Shown: in pieces, positions 1 to 10,232 of the stretch | How positions within the stretch are numbered: the first letter of the stretch is position 1 | How the letters are laid out: each line of letters starts with the position of its first letter | DNA from: Polyangiales bacterium | Lineage (GTDB): Bacteria > Myxococcota_A > Polyangia > Polyangiales > Ga0077539 | NCBI GenBank assembly: GCA_044229975.1 | Contig: JBGARZ010000019.1 | Span: forward strand, 53,205 to 117,204 | Direction of reading: 5' to 3' | Length of the DNA: 64,000 bases | Program-made: the position numbers and the translations under genes | The notes under the pieces: model-generated | The model's database searches: none | What the model was told of the DNA's origin: nothing | What the model saw: only the letters and a program-made list of their open reading frames with translations

Positions 1-986
1 GCGAGGGCGCGGCTGGGGCGGGTGGACTCCAGCACGAAGGGCTTCGGCGCGGCCCCGATGGCAGGCGTCACGACCGACGCCTGGTCGGGATAGAACTCCG
101 CGAGCAGCGTCGTCAGCGAGCGCCCGCCGGTCGCGAAGGGGATCGTCTGGAGCGCATCGAGGGCGGCCGCCGCCGTGGGGAAGCGCTGCTGCATGTCGAG
201 CTTGAGCAGCGTGTCGACCCACTTCTCGACGGCGGGAGGGACGTCGGGGCGGAGCGTTCGGAGCGCCGCGCGCTCGCCGCGGAGCATGGTGGAGATGACC
301 TCGCGGTCCTTGCCCTGGAAGGGTCGCTGACCCGCGATGAGCTCGTAGGCGCAGATGCCGAGCGCGAAGAGGTCGGTGCGACCGTCGAGGGTTTTTCCCG
401 TGGCCTGCTCGGGGGCCATGTACGAGAGCTTGCCCTTCACGAGGTCGCCCTGCGTGTGGTGCAGGCGCGAGGTGGCCTTGGCGATGCCGAAGTCCGAGAG
501 CTTCACCTCGCCCGCGTAGCTGACGAGCACGTTGTGGGGCGTGACGTCGCGGTGGACGATGTCGAGGGCGACGCCGTTGTCGTGCTTGCCGTGGGCGTAC
601 TCCAGGCCGCGCAGCACCTCCGACAGGATGAACAGCGCCGCGTCGATGGGGATGCGCCGCCCCTCGGCGACGAGACGCTTGCCGAGGCGGGCGACGTCGA
701 TGCCGTGCACCCACTCCATGCAGATGTAGAGCTGCCCGTCGGTGCTGCCGAAGTCGTCGATGGCGACGATGTTGCTGTGACGCAGCCGCGAGCAGATGCG
801 CGCCTCGTCGATGAACATCTGCACGAAGGACGAGTCGCCGCTGAGGTTGGGGCGGATGCGCTTGATGCAGACCTCGCGGCGGAAATCCATGGCGCCGCGG
901 CGCTCGCCGAAGAAGATCTCGGCCATGCCCCCCTGGGCGATCTTCTCGCGCAGCACATAGGGCCCGAATCGTTCGCCCTCGTACAT
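1..986 (-). CDS. Hanks-type serine/threonine protein kinase, N-terminal part (3' end lies beyond the left window edge)
   Basis: Own minus-strand translation from ATG (complement of cat 984-986): MYEGERFGPYVLREKIAQGGMAEIFFGE... Motifs: catalytic loop HRDVTPHNVLV, Mg loop KLSDFGIAK, activation segment SYMAPEQ. Absent from the ORF track because it has no stop inside the window. Confidence 0.85.
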   Translation of the reverse strand, partial: MYEGERFGPYVLREKIAQGGMAEIFFGERRGAMDFRREVCIKRIRPNLSGDSSFVQMFIDEARICSRLRHSNIVAIDDFGSTDGQLYICMEWVHGIDVARLGKRLVAEGRRIPIDAALFILSEVLRGLEYAHGKHDNGVALDIVHRDVTPHNVLVSYAGEVKLSDFGIAKATSRLHHTQGDLVKGKLSYMAPEQATGKTLDGRTDLFALGICAYELIAGQRPFQGKDREVISTMLRGERAALRTLRPDVPPAVEKWVDTLLKLDMQQRFPTAAAALDALQTIPFATGGRSLTTLLAEFYPDQASVVTPAIGAAPKPFVLESTRPSRAL

Positions 987-1101
987 TCGAGCGAGCGTAG
1001 AGGGGCGGTGCACAAAGGCCAAGGGGGATGTTGGGGGCGTCCGTGTAGGCGGGCGTTCGGCAGCGGCGGGGGGAGCGGCGGTGAGGTACGGTCGCGCCGC
1101 C

Positions 1102-2964
1102 ATGACGACGACCACCACCGCCTCGCTGGACTCCACCCTGCGCGCGCTCAAGGACGACTTCCTCCGGCTGCACACCACCAAGGAAGACCTCTTCTGGTCC
1201 GCGAAGATGGGCCTCGCCGACGACCCCGACGCCGCCCAGAAGGCGCTCTCGGTCGCCGAGGTCGCCATGAACCGCTTCCTCCAGGACCCCGCCGCCCTCG
1301 GTCGTCTGCGCTCTCTGCGCGCCACCGACGAAGGCACCGCCGCGCAGCGCCACGTACTCGACGGCTGGATCGCCCTCTTCGCCGCCAACAGCATCGAGAG
1401 CCCCGAGGCGCGCGCCCTCTCCGAGGAGATCGTCCACCTCGAAGGCGAGGTGCAGCGCGCTCGCGGTCAGATGAAGCTCGGGTTCATCGACCCGGCGACG
1501 GGGGAGTTCGAGGCAGCGGGCAGCAACAAGCTCTCGCTCATGTTGCGCAACGACCCCGACCCCAAGCGTCGGCGCGCCGCGTACGAGGGCCTGCGCTCCA
1601 TCGAGACCTTCGTGCTGGAGAAGGGCTTCCTCGACGTGGTGAAGAAGCGCAACGCCCTCGGGCGCATGCTCGGCCACTCGGACTACTACGCGTGGAGGGT
1701 TCACACCGTCGAGCGCATGACGAAGGCCGAGCTCTTCGGCGCCCTCGACGACCTCGCCGCCCGCACCGCCGACCGCGCCCGCACGGAGCTCGCGGCCTTC
1801 GAGAAGCAGCACGGCCCCGGCTCCCTCGACCCCTGGAACTTCCTCTTCCTCCGCGCAGGCAAGCTCGCCGCCGCGCTCGATCCGTACTTCGGCTTCGGCC
1901 CGGCGGTGCGCCGCTGGGGGCGCTCGTTCGCGGCGCTGGGCGTCCGCTTCCGCGGGGCGACGCTGACGCTCGACCTCGTCGACCGCGCGGGCAAGTACGA
2001 AAACGGCTTCATGCACGGCCCCGGCATCGGCTTCTCCGACGACGGCGTGTGGCGCCCGGCGCGCATCAACTTCACCGCCAACGCCGTGCGCGGTGCGGTG
2101 GGCAGCGGGCTGCGTGCGAGCGAGACGCTCTTCCATGAAGGCGGCCACGCGGCGCACTTCAGCAACATCGACGGCGACGCGCCGTGCTTCGCGCAGGAGT
2201 TCGCGCCGACCTCGGTGGCCTACGCCGAGACGCAGTCGATGTTCATGGACTCGATGCTGGAGGACGCGGACTGGCGCGCGCGCTACCTCACCGACGCCGC
2301 GGGCAACCCCATCCCGACGGCGCTCATCGAGGAGGCCATCGCCGAGTCGCAGCCGATGAAGCCGTGGGACATCCGCGCGATGCTCACCGTCCCGATGGCC
2401 GAGCGGCGGCTCTACGAGCTCTCCGACGACGAGCTGACGCCGGAGCGGGTGCTGAGGATGTTCCGCGAGGTGGAGGTGGAGCTTCAGGGGCTGAGCAGCG
2501 GGACGCGCCCGGTGCTGGCCGTTCCGCACCTGCTCGCGGGCGAGGCGAGCGCCTACTACCACGGCTATGTGATGGCCGAGATGGCGGTGCACCAGACGCG
2601 CGCCTTCTTCCTCCAGCGCGACGGGCACCTCGTGGACAACCCGAAGATCGGGCCCGACCTCGCGAAGCACTACTGGTCGCCGGGCAACGCCGTGACCTTC
2701 AACGACACGCTGCGCTCGCTCACCGGGTCAGCCCTGTCAGCGGACGCCATCGTCGCCAACTGCAACCTCACCGTCGACGAGGCCGTGGCGCAGGGTCGCG
2801 CGTCCATCGCGAAGCTGCCGGGCATCAAGGCCCACGAAGGGCCGATCGACCTCAACGTGACCGTGCGGTTGATGCACGGGCGCGAGCTCATCGGCAGCTC
2901 GGAGGGCTCGACCTTCGAGCGCGTCGCCGACGACTTCGAGGCGTGGATCGGTCGCGAGGCGTGA
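1102..2964 (+). CDS. M3-family zinc metallo-oligopeptidase (PepF/oligoendopeptidase-like)
   Basis: ORF 1081..2964, preferred ATG 1102 (MTTTTTASLDS...). Zincin motif FHEGGHAAHF (HExxH) with downstream AYAETQS. About 620 aa, as in M3 peptidases. Confidence 0.8.
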   Translation: MTTTTTASLDSTLRALKDDFLRLHTTKEDLFWSAKMGLADDPDAAQKALSVAEVAMNRFLQDPAALGRLRSLRATDEGTAAQRHVLDGWIALFAANSIESPEARALSEEIVHLEGEVQRARGQMKLGFIDPATGEFEAAGSNKLSLMLRNDPDPKRRRAAYEGLRSIETFVLEKGFLDVVKKRNALGRMLGHSDYYAWRVHTVERMTKAELFGALDDLAARTADRARTELAAFEKQHGPGSLDPWNFLFLRAGKLAAALDPYFGFGPAVRRWGRSFAALGVRFRGATLTLDLVDRAGKYENGFMHGPGIGFSDDGVWRPARINFTANAVRGAVGSGLRASETLFHEGGHAAHFSNIDGDAPCFAQEFAPTSVAYAETQSMFMDSMLEDADWRARYLTDAAGNPIPTALIEEAIAESQPMKPWDIRAMLTVPMAERRLYELSDDELTPERVLRMFREVEVELQGLSSGTRPVLAVPHLLAGEASAYYHGYVMAEMAVHQTRAFFLQRDGHLVDNPKIGPDLAKHYWSPGNAVTFNDTLRSLTGSALSADAIVANCNLTVDEAVAQGRASIAKLPGIKAHEGPIDLNVTVRLMHGRELIGSSEGSTFERVADDFEAWIGREA

Positions 2965-4109
2965 GCGTTCCAGGTTCGCTGAGGTTCTTCGCGACGGCGG
3001 CCAAGGGCACGGAGCCGGCGCTGCGAGACGAGCTGCGCGCGATGCGCTTCTGGCACGTTCGCGCCGACCGCGGCGGGGTGCACTTCGAGGGCGCGCTCGC
3101 GGACGGGATGCGCGCGTGCCTCCACAGCCGCATCGCGATGCGGGTGCTGCTGGAGCGCGGTCGCTTCGCGGCGAAGGGCGAGCAGGCGCTCTACGACGGC
3201 GTTCGGGCGCTCGGCTGGAACGACCAGGTCACCCCGAAGCACACCGTCGCGGTGTCGGCGACGTGCCGCAGCTCGCAGCTCACGCACTCGCAGTTCATCG
3301 CCCTGAAGGTGAAGGACGCGATCGTCGACGAGGTGCGCGACCTGCACGGGCGGCGCCCCGACGTCGACCCGAAGACGCCCGACGTCTCGGTGGTGGTGCG
3401 GCTGGTGAAGGACGAGGCCACCGTGTACCTCGACCTCGCGGGCGAGGCGCTGCACAAGCGCGGCTACCGCGTGGCGACGGTCGAGGCCGTGATGAAGGAG
3501 AACCTCGCGGCGGCCGTGCTGCGCATGGGCGGCTGGGACGCGACGACCGACCTCATCGACCCGGTGTGCGGCGCCGGGACGCTCGCCATCGAGGCGGCGA
3601 TGATGGCGTGCCGCGTGGCGCCCGGACTGCGCCGACGCTTCGGCTTCGAGCGGTGGCCGACCTTCGACCAGAGCGCCTCCAACGAGTGGGAGGCGATGCT
3701 CGAAGCGGCCAACGCGGCGGTGCTCACCGAGTGCCCGGTGAAGATCACGGCCACGGACGTGGCACCCGAGGCCGTCGACGTGACGAAGCACAACCTCGCG
3801 GCGGCGGGCGTGGCGGGCGCCGTCACGGTGCAGCGGCGGGACGCGCGCTCGTACGCACAAGAAGACGGTCCGGCGTGGGTGGTGGCTGATCCGCCGTACG
3901 GCGGGAGGTTGGCCGCGCAGCCGTTGCAGCTCGCGGGCTTCTTCCGTCAGTGGGGCGAGTCGATGCGCGCGATGACGGGGAGCACGGTGGTGCTCATCTC
4001 GGGCAACCCGATGGTGGAGCGCAACCTCGGGCTGAAGCCCGACCTGGAGCACACGCTCTACAACGGCGACATCGAGTGCCGGCTGCTGCGCTACCGGATT
4101 GGTGCGTAG
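2961..4109 (+). CDS. THUMP-domain class I SAM-dependent RNA methyltransferase (RlmL/UPF0020-like)
   Basis: In-frame GTG 2961 overlaps the upstream stop TGA 2962-2964 (GTGA). Product starts VSVPGSLRFFATAAKGTEPALRDEL... SAM motif IDPVCGAGTLAIEAA and catalytic VVADPPYGG. The ORF-track extension back to 2184 is Arg/Gly-rich and lies inside the peptidase gene. Confidence 0.8.
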   Translation: MSVPGSLRFFATAAKGTEPALRDELRAMRFWHVRADRGGVHFEGALADGMRACLHSRIAMRVLLERGRFAAKGEQALYDGVRALGWNDQVTPKHTVAVSATCRSSQLTHSQFIALKVKDAIVDEVRDLHGRRPDVDPKTPDVSVVVRLVKDEATVYLDLAGEALHKRGYRVATVEAVMKENLAAAVLRMGGWDATTDLIDPVCGAGTLAIEAAMMACRVAPGLRRRFGFERWPTFDQSASNEWEAMLEAANAAVLTECPVKITATDVAPEAVDVTKHNLAAAGVAGAVTVQRRDARSYAQEDGPAWVVADPPYGGRLAAQPLQLAGFFRQWGESMRAMTGSTVVLISGNPMVERNLGLKPDLEHTLYNGDIECRLLRYRIGA

Positions 4110-4123
4110 GGGGGGGAGGGAAC

Positions 4124-4154
4124 CCTCGGCTGCGGTCAGGTGACGCAGCCGAGG
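4124..4154. terminator. Possible bidirectional terminator hairpin between convergent genes
   Basis: Stem cctcggctgcg (4124-4134) pairs with cgcagccgagg (4144-4154) around a 9-nt loop. It sits in the 58-nt gap between the methyltransferase stop and the glnN stop. No U-tract. Confidence 0.4.
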
Positions 4155-4167
4155 CGAGGGCGGCGGG

Positions 4168-6354
4168 TCACTTCACGAAGAGCAGCTCGCGGTACGACGG
4201 GATCGGCCAGAGGTGGGCGCCGATGCGGGTCTCCAGCTCGTCACCGAGGCGGCGCAGCTCGGACATCAGCGGGACGACCTTGGTCTTCAGGTACGTAGCG
4301 TGACGGGCAGCGTCGCCGTCCTCGTGGTTGTCGGCCTCGTCGACCGCCGCGAGTGTCTGGTTGAAGCGCGTCGCGAGGTCGACGAACGCGCGGAGCTGCG
4401 CGATGGTGTCGGGGCTCTCGACGCCCGCCGCCTTGCAGGCCGCGACCGACTGGGCGAGCTCCGTCTGCTGGGCGAGCGCCGCGGCGGCGATCACCTGGCG
4501 CCCGAGGAGCACCATCGCTTCGGACTCGATGAGCAGCTCCTTTGCGTACTTCTCCTGGGCGATGTGCACGCGGCTCTCGACCTCGGTGGCGCTGAGCACG
4601 CGGTACTTCTCGAAGAGCGCGATGTTCTTCGCGGCGCCGAGGGCGGGGATGGCGGTGAGGCAGTCGCGGAGGTTGGGCAGGCCGCGGCGCTCGGCCTCGG
4701 CGTGCCACTCGGCGGAGTAGCCGTCGCCGTTGAAGATCACGCGCTTGTGCTTCTTGATGATGTCCTGGAGGAGCGTCGTGACGGCTCCGCGGACCTTGTC
4801 CTTGTCGCCGCCGCTGGCCTTCTCCAGCTCGGTGGCGACGTAGTCGAGCGACTCGGCGACGATGGTGTTGAGCACCGTCGTCGGCCACGCCACCGTCTGC
4901 CCCGAGCCCACCGCGCGAAACTCGAACTTGTTGCCCGTGAACGCGAAGGGCGAGGTGCGGTTGCGGTCGCCGGAGTCGCGCGGAATCTGCGGGAGCGAGC
5001 TCGTCCCGAGGTTGATGGCGCCGCCCTTCATGGTGCGCTCGGACACGCCGCGCTCGAGCTGCTCGATGATGTCCGTGAGCATGTCGCCGAGGAAGATGGA
5101 GATGATCGCCGGCGGGGCCTCGTTGGCGCCGAGGCGGTGGTCGTTGGAGGCCGACGCGACGGACGAGCGCAGCAGGTCGCCGTGCAGGTCGACGGCGCGC
5201 ACGACGGCGCAGAGCACCACGAGGAAGGCCGTGTTGGTGTGGGTGTCGTCGCGCGGGTCGAGGAGGTTGGTGCCGGCGTCGGTGGCGAGCGACCAGTTGA
5301 GGTGCTTGCCCGAGCCGTTGACGCCCGCGAAGGGCTTCTCGTGCAGCAGCGCCTGGAACCCGTGACCGTGCGCCACGCGGCGCAGCGTCTCCATCACGAG
5401 CATCTGGTGGTCGCAGGCGATGTTGGCCGTCTCGAAGATCGGCGCGAGCTCGAACTGCCCCGGCGCGACTTCATTGTGGCGGGTCTTCACCGGCACGCCG
5501 ACGCGGTACAGCTCGCGCTCGACGTCGCCCATGAACGCGAGGACGCGCGGCGGGATGGCGCCGAAGTAGTGGTCTTCGAGCTGCTGCCCCTTCGGCGGCT
5601 TGGCGCCGAAGAGGGTGCGCTCGCAGGTCATGAGGTCGGGGCGCGCGGCGTAGAGGTTGCGGTCGACGAGGAAGTACTCCTGCTCGCAGCCCGCGGTGGC
5701 CACCACGCGGGAGACGCCCGCGTCGGCGCCGAGCACGCGCAGCACGCGCAGGGCGTGGTGCGAGAGCGCATCCATGGAGCGCAGGAGGGGGGTCTTCTGG
5801 TCGAGCGCGGCGCCCGTCCACGACACGAAGGCGGTCGGGATGACGAGGGTGACCTCGCCGGCGTTGCGCATGAGGAAGGCGGGGCTGGTCGCGTCCCAGG
5901 CGGTGTAGCCGCGGGCCTCGAAGGTGGCGCGCAGGCCGCCCGACGGGAAGCTCGACGCGTCGGGCTCGCTCTGCACGAGCTCCGAGCCGGAGAGGGTGAA
6001 CTGCACGCTGCCGCGGCCGTCGATGCTGATGAGCGCGTCGTGCTTCTCGGCGGTGGAGCCGGTCAGCGGTTGAAACCAGTGGGTGTAGTGGGTCGCGCCG
6101 TTTTCGACGGCCCACTCCTTCATCGCGCACGCGACCGTGTCGGCGACCTGCGGGGCGAGGGGCTCGCCCTGTTCGAGGGTGCGGAGCAGCGCGCGGTAGG
6201 TGCTCTTGGGCAGGCGCCGCTGCATCTCGGCGCGCGAGAAGACGTCGGCCCCGAAGGCCTCGTCGACGGGCAGCCCCCCGGCCGGACGCGGCGGGTTCTC
6301 GGGGCGGGAAATGGCGGCGGAGATGGCCTTGTGGCGTTGGTCGGCGGTGATCAT
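4168..6354 (-). CDS. glnN: Glutamine synthetase type III
   Basis: 728 aa from ATG 6354 ([14 protein letters not shown]...), preceded by AAGGA. GS motifs [15 protein letters not shown] and GSGKHLNWS. Size and N-terminal region [18 protein letters not shown] are typical of GSIII. Extension to 6738 rejected. Confidence 0.85.
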   Translation of the reverse strand: MITADQRHKAISAAISRPENPPRPAGGLPVDEAFGADVFSRAEMQRRLPKSTYRALLRTLEQGEPLAPQVADTVACAMKEWAVENGATHYTHWFQPLTGSTAEKHDALISIDGRGSVQFTLSGSELVQSEPDASSFPSGGLRATFEARGYTAWDATSPAFLMRNAGEVTLVIPTAFVSWTGAALDQKTPLLRSMDALSHHALRVLRVLGADAGVSRVVATAGCEQEYFLVDRNLYAARPDLMTCERTLFGAKPPKGQQLEDHYFGAIPPRVLAFMGDVERELYRVGVPVKTRHNEVAPGQFELAPIFETANIACDHQMLVMETLRRVAHGHGFQALLHEKPFAGVNGSGKHLNWSLATDAGTNLLDPRDDTHTNTAFLVVLCAVVRAVDLHGDLLRSSVASASNDHRLGANEAPPAIISIFLGDMLTDIIEQLERGVSERTMKGGAINLGTSSLPQIPRDSGDRNRTSPFAFTGNKFEFRAVGSGQTVAWPTTVLNTIVAESLDYVATELEKASGGDKDKVRGAVTTLLQDIIKKHKRVIFNGDGYSAEWHAEAERRGLPNLRDCLTAIPALGAAKNIALFEKYRVLSATEVESRVHIAQEKYAKELLIESEAMVLLGRQVIAAAALAQQTELAQSVAACKAAGVESPDTIAQLRAFVDLATRFNQTLAAVDEADNHEDGDAARHATYLKTKVVPLMSELRRLGDELETRIGAHLWPIPSYRELLFVK

Positions 6355-6538
6355 GACGGGTCCATCCTTGCGGCCCCCACGGTCGGGGGGGGTTGGGGTG
6401 ACAGCGAGCAGGCGTCGTCGGGTGGCGTCGACCGGTGAGTTGGCGCGCGCGGGCCGGTACGCTCTCAAGGCGCTTGCCGCGGTGTCAAGCTCCTCGTTGC
6501 TGCACTGCGGCATCGACGTGCGAACCGCGGTTGATAGA

Positions 6539-7561
6539 GTGCGCCGCGTGAAGCGAGTCGCGCGTTGGTTGGCCGTCGGCGGGTTGGGGGTGCTGGTCGT
6601 AGGGTGCGGTGACGAGGCGGGCGGCACGCGGCCGACCCCCGACGCGGGCTCCCGCTGCGAGGGGCTGTGCGGCTGCGCGCAGGCGGGGCCGCCGGACATC
6701 ACCCGCGCGGGCTCCGGGATGCCCGCGGAGTCGTCCACCGACGATCAGCGGGCTGCGCTCCAGCGGGCCAACCTGTGGCGCACGTCGGCGGGTCTCGCGC
6801 CGCTCAACGCGCACGCGCTGCTGGAGCAGGCGGCGACGGCGCACTCGGAGTTCATGGTGGGCAACGCGTCGAGCTGCTGGCCAGGCGCGCACAACGAGGT
6901 GATGAGCGCGAGCTGTCGCGGGTTCACCGGCGCCGCGCCCGGTGCGCGCGCGACGGCGGCGGGGTACCGACCGGCCGCGTTGGGCGAGGTCATCAACTGG
7001 GAGTCGACGCCCGCGGCCGCCATCGACGGCTGGATCTGGACCGTCTACCACCGCTTCCCCTTCGTGAACCCCGACTACACGGAGGTCGGCTTCGCCGCCG
7101 TGCCGGGCACCTTCAGCGGGCGGCGCACCAACTTCAACACGATGGAGTTCGCGCGGCCGTCGGGCGAGCCCACCGCGGTGCTCACCGAGCCCGCCGTGTT
7201 TCCGCCGCCGGGTCAGTCCGACGTGCCGGTGCTCTTCCGCGGCAACCTGGAGGGCCCGACCCCGCCGCTGCCCGCCACGGGTCGCTGGCCGAGCGGACCG
7301 GTCATCACGGTGACCTTCCCGTCGACGGAGTTCGAGCTGACGGTGCACAAGATCTACGACGTGTCGTGCGCCGAGGTGCCGAGCTCGTACTTCACCGCGC
7401 GCACCAGCACGGACAGCAACGTGCGCAACCTCGCGCGGCGCATCGCGTTCTTCTACCCCGACGAGCCGCTCGCGGCGTCGAGCGAGTACACCGTCGAGGC
7501 GCGCGGAACGGTCGACGGACAGCCGTGGTCGAGGGTCTGGCGCTTCACCACCGCGAGGTGA
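6539..7561 (+). CDS. Secreted CAP/SCP (PR-1-like, YkwD-type) domain lipoprotein
   Basis: In-frame GTG 6539 or 6548. Signal plus lipobox [20 protein letters not shown]-like block [39 protein letters not shown]. Exact start uncertain. Confidence 0.65.
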   Translation: MRRVKRVARWLAVGGLGVLVVGCGDEAGGTRPTPDAGSRCEGLCGCAQAGPPDITRAGSGMPAESSTDDQRAALQRANLWRTSAGLAPLNAHALLEQAATAHSEFMVGNASSCWPGAHNEVMSASCRGFTGAAPGARATAAGYRPAALGEVINWESTPAAAIDGWIWTVYHRFPFVNPDYTEVGFAAVPGTFSGRRTNFNTMEFARPSGEPTAVLTEPAVFPPPGQSDVPVLFRGNLEGPTPPLPATGRWPSGPVITVTFPSTEFELTVHKIYDVSCAEVPSSYFTARTSTDSNVRNLARRIAFFYPDEPLAASSEYTVEARGTVDGQPWSRVWRFTTAR

Positions 7562-7572
7562 AGGCTACGGGC

Positions 7573-8514
7573 ATGACCCACTCGTTCAAGCCGGTCTCGC
7601 CGCGTGAGGTGCCGCGCTTCGCCGGCGTGTCGACCTTCCTCCGACTACCCCTGCACGACGACCCGCGCGACGTCGACGCGCTCATCATCGGCGCACCCTT
7701 CGACGGCGGAACCACCTACCGCCCCGGCGCTCGCTTCGGGCCGCGCGGCGTTCGGCAGGCGAGCGCGCTCACTCGCGGCTTCCACCCCGACCCCGACATC
7801 GACCTCTTCGAGACGCTGCGCTGCGCCGACGGCGGCGACGTCGCGTGCGTCCCGATGGACATGGCGCTGTCCCTCGCGCGCATCGAAGCGCGCGTCGCGG
7901 AGATCGCCGCGGCGGGTGCCGTGAGCGCGGTCATCGGCGGTGATCACACGTGTTCGCTGCCTGCGATCAGGGCGCTCGCGAAGGTGCACGGGCCGCTCGG
8001 GCTGGTGCACTTCGACGCGCACAGCGACACGTACCCGGCGGCGTGGGGCATCGACCCGCACCACGGAACGATCTTCCGCAACATGGTCGAGGAAGGCCTC
8101 GTGCGCGGCGGCGACGTGCTCCAGATCGGCATTCGGGGACCGTTCTCGACGCGCGACGATCTGGCCTTCGCGAAGGCTGCGGGCTTCACGGTGTTGAGCG
8201 CGGAGGACGTCCATCGCGACCTCGACGGCGTCATCGCGCGCATCGCGGGACTCACTCCGAACAAGCCCTACTACGTGAGCTTCGACGTCGACGCCGTGGA
8301 CCCCTCGATGGCACCTGGGACGGGCACGCCGGTGCCCGGCGGGCTCTTCTCGTGGCAGGCGCTGGCCATGGTCAGGGCAACAAAATCACTTCGCGTCGTG
8401 GGCTGTGATGTCATGGAAGTGTCGCCCGATTTCGACGTCAATCAGATGACATCTCTCCTCGGGGCCAATGTTCTCGCAGAAATGTTGGCAGCCATCGCCG
8501 CCCACCGGCGCTGA
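7573..8514 (+). CDS. Agmatinase / guanidino-acid ureohydrolase (arginase superfamily)
   Basis: ATG 7573 (MTHSFKPVSPREVPRFAGVSTFLRLP...). Mn-binding motifs GGDHTCSLP, VHFDAHSDT and SFDVDAVDPSMAPGTGTP. Confidence 0.85.
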   Translation: MTHSFKPVSPREVPRFAGVSTFLRLPLHDDPRDVDALIIGAPFDGGTTYRPGARFGPRGVRQASALTRGFHPDPDIDLFETLRCADGGDVACVPMDMALSLARIEARVAEIAAAGAVSAVIGGDHTCSLPAIRALAKVHGPLGLVHFDAHSDTYPAAWGIDPHHGTIFRNMVEEGLVRGGDVLQIGIRGPFSTRDDLAFAKAAGFTVLSAEDVHRDLDGVIARIAGLTPNKPYYVSFDVDAVDPSMAPGTGTPVPGGLFSWQALAMVRATKSLRVVGCDVMEVSPDFDVNQMTSLLGANVLAEMLAAIAAHRR

Positions 8515-8612
8515 GGCCGACCCACTGTCAAATACCTGGCAGGTTACCCCTGCCTCCACTCTCCCACGGAACGTCTCGACCCCCCCTTCAAAGCCGCTTC
8601 GAGTCGGCCGAT

Positions 8613-10232
8613 GTGTTGAGGGCGATGGGCACTCAACAAAGCATCCCGAGCTTCGGTCGCCTGGGCTTCAACTACGGCGAGCAGGACGTCGACCCGCCCG
8701 ATCATCACCACGTCGGACCGTGGGCGGTGTTCCAGGCGTTCAGTCGGGAGCGCGACTTCGCCGAAGACCGCAACCGTGCGGCGCTCGCCATGCGCTACCT
8801 GTCCGTCGACCCGGCCTCGCCGCGGGCGTACCTCCTGGCGATGGGTCGCTGCGCCCTCAACGTCACCGAGGCCGCGCGCATCAACGACGAGACCCTCGAC
8901 GACGTCGACCTCTTCGTCCGCATCCTGGAGCGCGGCGCCCACCACCGCGCGCTGCTGGTCACCTCGGTGCCGCCCGTCGAGATCGAGCCTGCGACGGAGG
9001 CCGAGTTCGAGCTCAAGCAGTCGGCCGTGCGTTCGCGCCCCGCCGATGCGCCGCGCAACGAGCGCGACTTCGCCCCGCGCGACGTGCTCCTCCATCCGCT
9101 CGTCGTGGGGTCGCTCGGTGAGGCGCACCTCGCGCTGCGCCGCGAGCCCGGCGGCCGCGGCCACTGGGTGCTGGTCAAGCTGCTCGACCGCGATTTCGTC
9201 GAGTCGCCCATCGACGCCGAGCTTCGCCGCGTCGAGGCCAACCTACGCGGCCCCAACGTGTGCCCGGTGCTCGAACTCGGTCGGCGCGACGGCGTGGGCT
9301 GTCACATCTCCGAGTACCAGCACGGCCTCTCGCTCGCGCAGATCGCCCGCCAGGCGGCCCCCCTCGGAGGCATGCCGACGCACATCGCGGCGACCATCGT
9401 CTCGCAGGCCGCGCGGGGCCTCGCGATCGCGCACGGTCACCTCGACGCGCACGGGCGGCCGCGGCCCATCGTGCACCGCGACATCTCCCCGCAGGCGCTG
9501 CTGGTGATGTTCGAGGGCGCGACGCGGGTGCTCGGCTTCGGGATGCCCCGCCCGATGGAGTCGAAGGGCGGCTTCACGCGCAAGGGAGACTTCAAGGGAC
9601 GCCCGGCGTACATGGCCCCGGAGCAGCTCCGCGGCCACTCGCCCGACCCGACGATGGACGTGTGGTCGCTGGGGGTGATCCTCTGGGAGATCATCGTCGG
9701 GCGTCGGCTCTTCACCGGCGCGACGGAGGTCGACACCATCGCCGGCGTGCTCAGCGCGCCGATTCCCCGCCCGTCGTCGCTCCGCAAGGAGGTGGACGGC
9801 GCCTTCGACGAGATGATCTTCCGGGCGCTCGATCGCGACCCCGCGCAGCGCTACCGCGACGCCGGGGAGTTTGCGCGGGCCCTGGAGGCGACGCGTGCCG
9901 CGGACACCTGGGCCGGCAACGAGGCGGTCGCGCACTACGTCCAGACGCGCTTCGCCGCAGAGCGCGACCTGCGCGAGGCGCTGCTGCAAGACCTCGGGGC
10001 GCAGGCCGCGCGGAACTTCGAGCCCGTGGCCAACGACGACGCGCGCCGCAGCGTTCCAGCCCTCTTCGACGAGGATGCTGTCACTCCGGCCATCGCGCGT
10101 CCGATGTTGGCGCCCATCGTGCCCGACTTCGGTGCGCCGCCGGCCGACCAGCCGAAGTCGGCGGTCATCTCTGGCGTCCAGGCGAAGCGCACCCCGCGGG
10201 AGAGCCCCATCGCCCGACGCCAGGTTCGCTAA
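8613..10232 (+). CDS. Ser/Thr kinase-like protein with ~190-aa N-terminal extension; predicted pseudokinase
   Basis: Kinase fold is recognisable (VLVKLL, HRDISPQALL, YMAPEQLRG, WSLGVILWE). The catalytic loop lacks the conserved Lys and Asn, and DFG is replaced by GFG (RVLGFGMP). GTG 8613 or ATG 8625. Confidence 0.7.
   Translation: MLRAMGTQQSIPSFGRLGFNYGEQDVDPPDHHHVGPWAVFQAFSRERDFAEDRNRAALAMRYLSVDPASPRAYLLAMGRCALNVTEAARINDETLDDVDLFVRILERGAHHRALLVTSVPPVEIEPATEAEFELKQSAVRSRPADAPRNERDFAPRDVLLHPLVVGSLGEAHLALRREPGGRGHWVLVKLLDRDFVESPIDAELRRVEANLRGPNVCPVLELGRRDGVGCHISEYQHGLSLAQIARQAAPLGGMPTHIAATIVSQAARGLAIAHGHLDAHGRPRPIVHRDISPQALLVMFEGATRVLGFGMPRPMESKGGFTRKGDFKGRPAYMAPEQLRGHSPDPTMDVWSLGVILWEIIVGRRLFTGATEVDTIAGVLSAPIPRPSSLRKEVDGAFDEMIFRALDRDPAQRYRDAGEFARALEATRAADTWAGNEAVAHYVQTRFAAERDLREALLQDLGAQAARNFEPVANDDARRSVPALFDEDAVTPAIARPMLAPIVPDFGAPPADQPKSAVISGVQAKRTPRESPIARRQVR

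Noticed and set aside
456-2138. Long ORFs in the supplied track on the opposite strand or in an alternative frame of real genes. Examples are 456..2138, 4213..6438, 12132..14180, 15729..17213, 20151..22094, 27438..28892, 36052..37284, 48841..50133, 53577..55982 and 60008..60808.
   Set aside because: Their translations are dominated by Arg/Ala/Gly/Pro/His runs with no motifs. Each lies fully inside a gene whose other-frame product has clear family signatures. Such stop-free shadow frames are typical of very GC-rich DNA.
6464-6479. A minus-strand cGGCAAgcgccTTGAg element about 110 nt upstream of glnN, considered as a sigma-54 promoter because GS genes are often NtrC/sigma-54 controlled.
   Set aside because: The spacing is right, but the invariant -12 GC is GA and the -24 element deviates. 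That is too weak to call without 5'-end mapping or a position-weight-matrix score.
6355-6738. N-terminal extensions of real genes in the ORF track. Examples are glnN to 6738, the methyltransferase to 2184, the agmatinase gene to 6667, panB to 47485, the FHA gene to 50678 and the Cys-rich protein to 55979.
   Set aside because: The extended parts are low-complexity and overlap neighbouring genes or promoters. Internal starts give native-looking N-termini (signal peptides, ribosome-binding sites or start/stop overlaps).
8537-8553. A sigma-54-like TGGCAG...CTGC element upstream of the pseudokinase gene.
   Set aside because: The GG-to-GC spacing is two nt longer than the -24/-12 consensus (TGGCAC-N5-TTGC) and the -12 TTGC is absent.
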